64,000 nucleotides of DNA. Origin: Eledone cirrhosa. Lineage: Eukaryota. Both the position numbers and the translations under genes were made by a program. This document shows, in pieces, positions 37,501 through 46,500 of the stretch; the stretch's first letter is position 1, and each line of letters begins with the position of its first letter. The stretch spans positions 385,516,001 to 385,580,000 of the forward strand of contig OZ024741.1 of the NCBI GenBank assembly GCA_964016885.1, written 5' to 3'. The notes under the pieces were generated by a model, which searched no databases, was not told the DNA's origin, and saw only the letters and a program-made list of their open reading frames with translations.

Positions 37501-40500
37501 AAGTCAAGGGGACTGTGGGTGTGTGTGTGTGTGTATTTGTGTATATACATGCATACATAGTATGTGTATGGCAGGGATGTGGAATGTCTCAGATTTCCCT
37601 AAAACAAGTCAGCATGTCTGGCATACAGTTATTTCATTTCATCCTCAAAATTTTTCCTTTGAGTTAGCTGTCTGGTAGTAACACATCTGTAACTGTATTC
37701 GATAATAATCAATGTTTATTTATTTGTCTATATTAAAAGTGTTCAGTATTATTAGAAATAAATTTTTTCATCGAACAAATGGCAACCCTGATCTAAATAC
37801 ACTGCCAGGTATTGTGGTTTTGTCACAGTTTATTAAAAATGTCATAGTATTTTATCATGGCAGTATCGGTAGAGGGTCGGACTCCATGCTTTCAAGCATA
37901 GTTACGTCCCTTTACGATCCGAGTTCAAATCCCGCCGAGGTTGACTTTGCCTTTCATCATTACGGGGTCGATAAAATAAAGTACCAGTAATGCACTGTGT
38001 AATTGCTGGCCTTGTGCCTAAAGTAGAAACAAGAATTTTATCATATTACTGTATTCGTTTTTACATATGTTCTCATTACTTATTTGATATCATGGCCCAC
38101 TGACGAGATACTGCATAGCAATGTGGCCCGCACAACCCAAAAGATTGCCAATCCTTGCATTAGACTATGGCCATGCCTTATGAAAGAAAATATTAATATA
38201 AAGAAAAAATAGACCTTAAACTTGCTCAACTTTTTAATTTCTAATTATATGTGTGTTTCTGTTTGCACGTGTGTGTGTTTGCACATGTATATGTTTATGT
38301 GTGTGTGTGAATAAATTTACTGTTCTCAGTCTCTGTATTGTATGTTGAAACTGACCTTACAACAATGCTTGTGAAGTTAAGGTCCCATTGTTTTGTGACC
38401 TTGAACCAATCACATAAAACTGCATTATTTAACTCACCCTGTCTCACCATTCATAACTATCACTTAACTAGAGTGTTACACACCACATGACAGGTAATTT
38501 CTGAAATATTCTTTTGCTACTGTTGCCATCAAGTAATGTTACATAGGTAAAATAATGAAATTTTTAATTTTTTCAAATTTCATAGTACAAAATAATAAAA
38601 TAGAAATTAATTTTGAGAATATAAATAGTTATTAACTACAAATATAGTATTAAATATATAGTATTAAAGGAAGTGAAAAGCTTTGTGAAATAGAATATAA
38701 TATTTTTCCTAGCAAATAGAGACATACGATATAGAGGAGCAGTGGGTGTTACTGAAAAATAATGTACTGAAGGTCATAAATGAAATCTGTGGTTGATGTA
38801 GGTCTCTAGGGAGGAGGAGAGTGATTTGGTGGTGGAATAATAGGGTAGATAAGACAATTAAAACTAAAAGAAAGGCATGGAAGGAACGACAAAATTTGGG
38901 AAGTAGAGACGTCTACTAGAATAATAGGAGAGAAGCTAGACAACAAGTATACCTTGCAAGAAGAAAAACAGAAAATAAAAAATTGAAGCATGTTTTGCAG
39001 CATGAGGACCAAAGACGTGAGGTGTTTAAGATTGCAAGTCAGTATGTCAGGAAAAATTGTGATGTTGGTGGGGAGAAGTGTGTCCAAGATGATAATGGTG
39101 AACTTGCTCTCACTGACACTGAAAAGAAGGTAGCATGGAAGTGCCACTATGAAAGATTACTGAATGAGGAGAATGCATGGGATGTAGATAGTTTGCCCCA
39201 AGTTGACTCAACTGACAGCAAGTCAGCAGTAGTATAGTAAGTAAGGCAATAAAGGCAGCTGGACCTTTGGGGATAGTTGCCGAGATGCTGAAAGCATCTG
39301 GGATGGTGGGTCACACCTAGTCACCCGTATTGTAAACCAAGTAATACAAAATGGTGTCATACCAAATGGCTGGTGTAGCAACATGATTGTCAACTGCTAC
39401 AAGAGCAAAGGAGATACTCTAGACAGAAAACTATAGAAGCATTAAGTTGGTTGACAATGTTATGAAGGTCACAGAAAGAGTTATAGCACAGCTGATTAGG
39501 GATCAAGTTAACCTTGATGAGATGCAGTTTGCATTTGTGCCAGGTAAAATTACAACAGATGCCCTCTTTCTTCTGAGGCAACTGCAGGACAAGTACCTGG
39601 CTAAAGGTAACCCCTCTACTTGATTTTGTGGACCTGGAGAGAAGCTTTTGATAGAGTCCCCTGTTCAATTATCTAGAGCGCTCTGAGAAATCTAGTAGAT
39701 GAGTGGCTTGTGAGGAACAGTCAGCAAGATCAGAATTAATAATGACTATGGCAAAGAATTTAGTGTGTAGGTTGGTGTCCATCAGGGCTCAGTTCTTAGC
39801 CTTCTCCTATTTATTATCATCCTACAGGCTATAACGGAGGGGTTTAAGACTGGCTGCCCATGAGAACTCCTGTATGCAGATGACCTAACCCTTATAGCTG
39901 AATTAGTGAAGAAATTCTAAACCTGGAAGCATGGCCTAGAATCAAGTTAACTTGTCAAAGACCACCAAAGTTCTAGTATGTAGAAAGGAAAACAGAGCCC
40001 AGATTTCCCCAGGGAAATGACCTTGCTCAGTGTGCAGGAAAGGAGTAGGTAGAAACTCTATCCTATGTCCCAAATGCAAACTATGGGTACACAAGAGATG
40101 TTGTGGGATTTCAGGCAGGCTAACAAAGAATGTAGGTTTTACCTGTGGCCAATGCACAGGTGGAGTAAATAGCAAGAGCTCACAGGACACAAGCTCCTTC
40201 AAATGCCCAGAGTGCTCTGTAGAAGTAGTAGATAATTTCTGTGACCTGGGTGACCAAATTAGCAGTAAAGGAGGGTGTTCCAAAAGCACAGTAGCCAAAG
40301 TAAGAACAGGTTGGAGAAAGTTCAGGAAGTTACTACCGTAACTAATTACAAAAGGTTTTTCCCTCAAAATGAAAGGAAGATTGTATGATGCATGTATATG
40401 AATAGCAATGTTACATGGTAGTGAGACCTGAGCACTGTGCAGAGGACCTGTGAAGATTGGGAAGAAATGAAGCTTCCATGCTTCAATGAATGTGTAATAG

Positions 40501-43500
40501 CAATATACATGAATGGCAAAGTATAAATGAACTGAGAGAGAAACTGGGCATAAGAGGGATGCGGTACACAGGAGAGGAGATTGTGTTGGTATGGACATGT
40601 GATGCATATGATGGATGACACCTTCCGTTACCTGGGTGACAAAATCAGCAGTGGTGGAGGGTGCTCTGTAAGTACAGTAGCTAGAGTCAGAACGGGATGG
40701 AAAAAGTTCAGAGAGCTTATACCACTATTGGCCGCTAAAGGTTCTCTCTAAAAATGAAAGGCAGGCTGTATGATGCCTGCATACGAACAGCAATGTTGCA
40801 TGGCAGTGAGACCTGGGCACTGTGCAGAGGATATATGCAGACTGGAGAGAAACGAAGCTTGCATGCTCCGCTGGATGTGTAATAGTAGTATACGTGAATG
40901 GCAAAGCATAAACGAACTAAGGGAGAAATTAGGAATAAGAGGGATCAGATGTTGTTTACTTGAGAGAAGACTACGTTGGTACAGTCACATGATGCACATG
41001 AAAGACGACAGCTGTCTAAAAAAGTGCAGGGCGATAAAAATAGATGGTAGCCAGGGAGTAGGCAGACCCAGAAAAACCTGGGACGACTCGCACACTTACA
41101 CCTCTCCAAGACAATGTCACTGGACCGAGATCTTTGGCGCTACACAGTTATACAGAAGACCCACCTTGCCTAAGTACAAAGCGAAACCTACAGTCAGTAG
41201 GCACCTCTAACAAAATACACCCCCGTCCCACTACCTCCACCCCCCCTTAAATGTGAAGTTGTGTTGGTACCACAACATCCAGTCCGAAACAAATGAGGTC
41301 GTGTAGGTGTCACAACAATAAAACACACAGTCCACGCTGTAATGTAGCCGTGTAGGTAACACGGTAAAAACCTCCCAGTCCACACTGTAAACGTTGGTGG
41401 TGTTAGGAAGGGCATCCAGTCGTAGAAAACCCGCCAGACAGTCCTGAGCAATGACAACCAATCTTGCCTCAAGTGGGAAAAATCCCGTCCAAACCCATGC
41501 AAGCGTGGAAGATGGACGTTAAATGATGATGATGATGACAGCTGTATAAAAGGGTGCAGAGCGCTCAAAATTGATGGAAGCTGTGGAGTTAGGCAGACCT
41601 AGGAAGACTTGGGACAGGGTGACAAAAGCTGACCTTGCACAATTGCACCGTTAAACAACAACAATGATGATGATGATGATATGTATATATATTCCAGGAA
41701 AATGTTACTTTGTTCAAACACTAAGCATTTGCTTTTCATTCATAAAATCCTCTCTCTTTCTCTTTCCCCTCATCCCACCTCTCTCTCTCTCTGTTTGTTA
41801 ATTCAGTAAGAATATGTTTTAGCCTTCTAACAGTGAAGGTGTGTTGTGGCCTAGATCATAAGGTCATGGGGTCAATTCCTAGACTGGGCACAAGATTGTA
41901 TTCTTAAGCAAGATGCTTCATTTCACACTGCTTTTCATGATACAAATGGGATCCCTATCATTGATACACTCCTGAGAAACCTCCTATTAGAAGCAACCTC
42001 ATAGAAGGCCAGCTAAACCTGCATAGTGGTGGTGGTGGTGGCACCTGCTTGCCCACTGTCACCGTCATTGTTGTTGATTGATTTACAATTTTCTGTATCA
42101 TATTTCCAGTTTATTAACTATTTTCTATTTATCAGGTGCAATCCAAAAAGGCTGAAAATGAAGAATCGCCAGAGAAAGAGGAAATTTCTACATCAGATGT
42201 AAGATATAAAGATATAAAAATTGAAACTACAAGAATCACTGAATTATTACAGAGTCTTGGGACTTCAGTCTATATAGCTTGAAAATAAATAGCAACCTTA
42301 TGTTATAGACTTGAGAAAGCATCAAGCTGTAAAATACTTTGCTTCCAAAAGTAATATCAAATGTGACAGTAGATAACATAGAGATTCATATCTAACAGTT
42401 CACAGATCAATTCTATCAGCTCTTTGATCTCATCTTATGTGAGTTGATCTGAAGAGCAATTCTTAAGTTAACAAAATACATAATTGGGAATATCGGAGCT
42501 GTATAATTTATTATAAACACAAATAAATACAAAACACAAATTTAGCTAACTTTGTTCTTGCTCAATGTAATTTTGGGTTTGGTATCTTATCTGGAATTGC
42601 TTTGATATCTGAGTCATACACCATGGTTTTTATTTTGATACAAGTTTACAGATTTAATAAAATAAAATAAGAATTTAAGAACACATAATAATTACATTAG
42701 ATAGGCTAAAGAACTACAGGTCCTGACCCTTATTCAGATCAAATCTGGTGCGCTGAGTTTGTAGACTTGTCTCATTAAATATTTGCTTGATGAAAATTGA
42801 TTGAAACTATTGAACTACAACTTGGACAACAAAGCATTAATCTGTAGATCTATTCTACCATAATGCTCTAATACTACTATCATCATCGTTGTTTTATGCC
42901 TGCTTTTCCATGCTTGCAATGGTTGGACAGGTCTCATCCAACACAGCATCCCTCCACTCATTGCAGTCCCTTATCATCTCCTTTGTAAACTTCAACAATT
43001 TCAGATCAGCTCTCACAATCTTTGCTCAGATCCTTGGTCTCCCTCTACTACTATATAACTATAAAATGAAGTGAAGAAAATTATTTGCAGTTTAGTACAG
43101 ATATACATAATTTTCAATTTAACATAGATGATACTAGGAATTTTATGCAACAATAAATTTCCCTATAAAGTTATTTTAGTGCTAATCACTATCTCAATAA
43201 CATATTGGCACATTTATGTAGACCTAACCTTGTCAACCACTGAATTACTGAAGACTGTAAACGACTTTTCTTGGGGATTGATCTCACTCAGAAAACAGTA
43301 ATAGAATGATCATGACTTTCATTTTTTCATTTTTAGTGTCAATAAATGGTAGTGCTGGTGCCACCATAAAAAAGTACCCTGTCCACCCTGTTAGGGTGTA
43401 GTGATGGTGCTATGGTAAAATACATTCAACTCAATACACTCAATTAAGTGGTTGGCATTAGGAATGGCATCCAGCTGTGGAGGCCATGACAGGATGGGAT

Positions 43501-46500
43501 GTATGAACAAGACAGTCATCTGACTTGTCTAGTCTCAGAATGTGACAACCCATCTAACAGAAATTTGATGTGTATCTACGGTAGATTTAATTTGCCATCA
43601 GGTTTCACACAGCCACCTGGCCCTTTGGTGCTTTAGTGAAGTCCATTCTATTAAAACATTTGTGTCAGGTCTGTGATTTGAGGATAACTTTCTTTATAGA
43701 AGCCCTAAACTTCCCTGCTTGTTTAAACAGTGCAATCTATAGTAGTGTTGAGAAAACAATACAGAAATGTTGATATTTATCACATATTTGACTGTACTCA
43801 CCTTTAGTATTCTCTGTTAAAGTATTTATCTTAACTGTGTTGCAAATATGCATTTTTTGGTACAGAATTTACAGTCTAAGATTTTCTCTCTACTTAGCTC
43901 ATATTTGTTCAATATTCAATAACCAATCCCTTAGCAATGCAACAAACTATTCTGTAGAGAATAATTCAAGTTGGATTGGTGGAATTGTTAGAGCATCGGA
44001 TAAAATTCTTGTAGTATTTAGATATGACCCTTTACACTCTGGGATCTACTTTCTTTTTCATTTTGACTCCAGATGAATGAAAGGTAGCCAAGTACTGGGG
44101 TGGATGTAATATTCAGTAGGGATGTGTCAATGCCTAGTGGTAACAGTGTTGGACTTACAGTCATAATGTGGGTTTCATTCCTGGACAATGTTGTGTGTTG
44201 TGTTTTTGAGCAAAACACTTCATTTCACATTGCTCCAGTGTAGTCACCTGAAAATACCAGCAATAGCTGGGGGTTTAACCTTGTGATGGACTGGCGTCCT
44301 ATCCAATAGGGAGTCTTGTACTCAGTCACTTAATGACACAGAAATCAAGACAAACACCAGCCTGATAAGCCTCTGGGATCAAGACTTATCATAGATGGGA
44401 ATGGAATTATAAGAGAGGCATATAGAGTTTATATAGCATGTTTTTCTTCTTTTTTCTTTCTTTTTCTATAAACTTCTTCACAGTTGACTTTTCTTCTGTA
44501 TCTTTAATTTTTAAATCTTTTTTCCATTTTACTTATTCTAGGGAGGGCTTGGCTTTTGGAAGTTTTTTTTCTATTCTGTTTATTCTAGGGAGAGTTTAAC
44601 TTTTGACATCTTTTCTATTTTACTTATTCTAGGAAGAATTTCACTTTTGGCATCTTTTTTCTATTTTACTTATTCTAAGGAGAATTTGACTTTTGACATC
44701 TTTTTTCTATTGTTTTTTCTAGGGAGAATTTGACTTTGTAAATTGTGATTCCGTCAATGATGCTGAACATCGTCATGAACCATTACCGACCAAACCTGGG
44801 ATGGTGGCTCGCCTGATGGAGCTTAAGAAACGCCGCCAATATATTGCAAGTGGTGAGATATATTCTCTTATATGCCTTTTGTCATTGAAAGTAAGAAGTG
44901 AATCAGATTTTGATCCACAACCCCTTGGCTCAACACATCATTCATATTGCCCCTCTATTCTATTATGTGACTCAAACAATCAGCCTCTGCAATGTTGTAG
45001 TAATTAACCCTTAAAATCCTGTGATGATTAAGCAGAAAATATCTAAAAATAGGTTTGTTAAATCAAATGTTTATAGTATTTTTACTAGTGAATAGATTGT
45101 TGTGAAAATTTGCAGTATACTAAAGTAAGGATTTAATTTTTAATGTGATACAGTCATAATGCTGTTTTATATTTTTCAAGAATGTCTTGCTAATGTGGTT
45201 TCATGCTGTACAGGAAATTGAGTTAATAATATAGGAAATTTCAAATAGTGTAATTATAAACTTATTTCTACCTAGAGTGACTTTCTAATCTCCGAGCTAT
45301 GCACTCTGAGTAACATCACTCTAAAGACCCTTCGGAGGAACCCCATTTCGGCTGCTTGTACTCAATCGTATTCTTTCAGGCATTACCTAAGATTCATGGC
45401 CATAGATAATGAGTTTGGCTTTTACACCTACCTCCCTTCTTCTGATTACCAAATATTGAAGCAGGTCTTGATAGTTTATATCCACAAAATTCAATATCTT
45501 CACATTTCCTGATACTCTCCCCAATTATCCATATTATATCCTCTCGTTTCCTTTATTACAGGTGCCTGTAATGCTTGTAATGTTTCATTTTCTTCCATTC
45601 TAAAAAGAAGAGTAAGTATTATATTTCACAAGTAACGAGCAAATGTTTTAGTTAAATTTAGATATAGCAGTTGACCAGAATTTAACATACTATTAAGTTG
45701 AAATATTGCATTACGGCTGAGTGGCTTAACTCTTCCATTACCATATTTCTATTGAAATGCACTGAGAATTTGTTTCAATTAATTTTGAAAATAATCAAAC
45801 ATTTTGAGGAATTTATTAAAATAACATTTTCATTATCAAACTTGTGTTTTGAACAATACTTAACAAACATTTCTTACATAAAATTATGGTGGAAGGTTTT
45901 AATACTATTATGAACACATAACAGGTAGTTTTATATCATATATCAGGGACGGTTTCAGGTGGTTAAGAAATTCACTTTGCAAATCTGTGGTTTCAGATTC
46001 GATTCCACAGCACATCTTGGGTAAGTGTTTCCTTATCCTTATCCATCGCCCTTATGAGAGACAGCAAGCACAACTTCACGCCAACAGTCTCTGTTTCCCA
46101 TCAAGCTTTATAGGTCACCCTTGTCAATTCCAATGTCTCTTGCTATGTTATCCTGGTATCTGAACTTTCTGGTAGAGAAGATCTCCAATAACAAGAGGTC
46201 TGAAACTATCTCATCTTTTGTATGGAAGCAGTGACCAGCAAACCTTCAATCAGTCATGCACTTACTTTTGGGATTTTTCCATATATCTGATTAAGCTTGA
46301 GATTGGTCTGCCAAAGAATATTTTGAGCCTTTCTCATCTAAATGGCTCTGTAGACGGGAGTGCAAGGTCCAAGTCTCAGAACCATAGAGAAGGCTAGGCT
46401 CTGCTGTTGTTCTTAGTAGGCTGATTTTAAGTTTGTTTGGTATACTGGATTTCCTACCATAACCTTGTGAATAAAATTTGGTAAACAGAAACTGTGAAAA

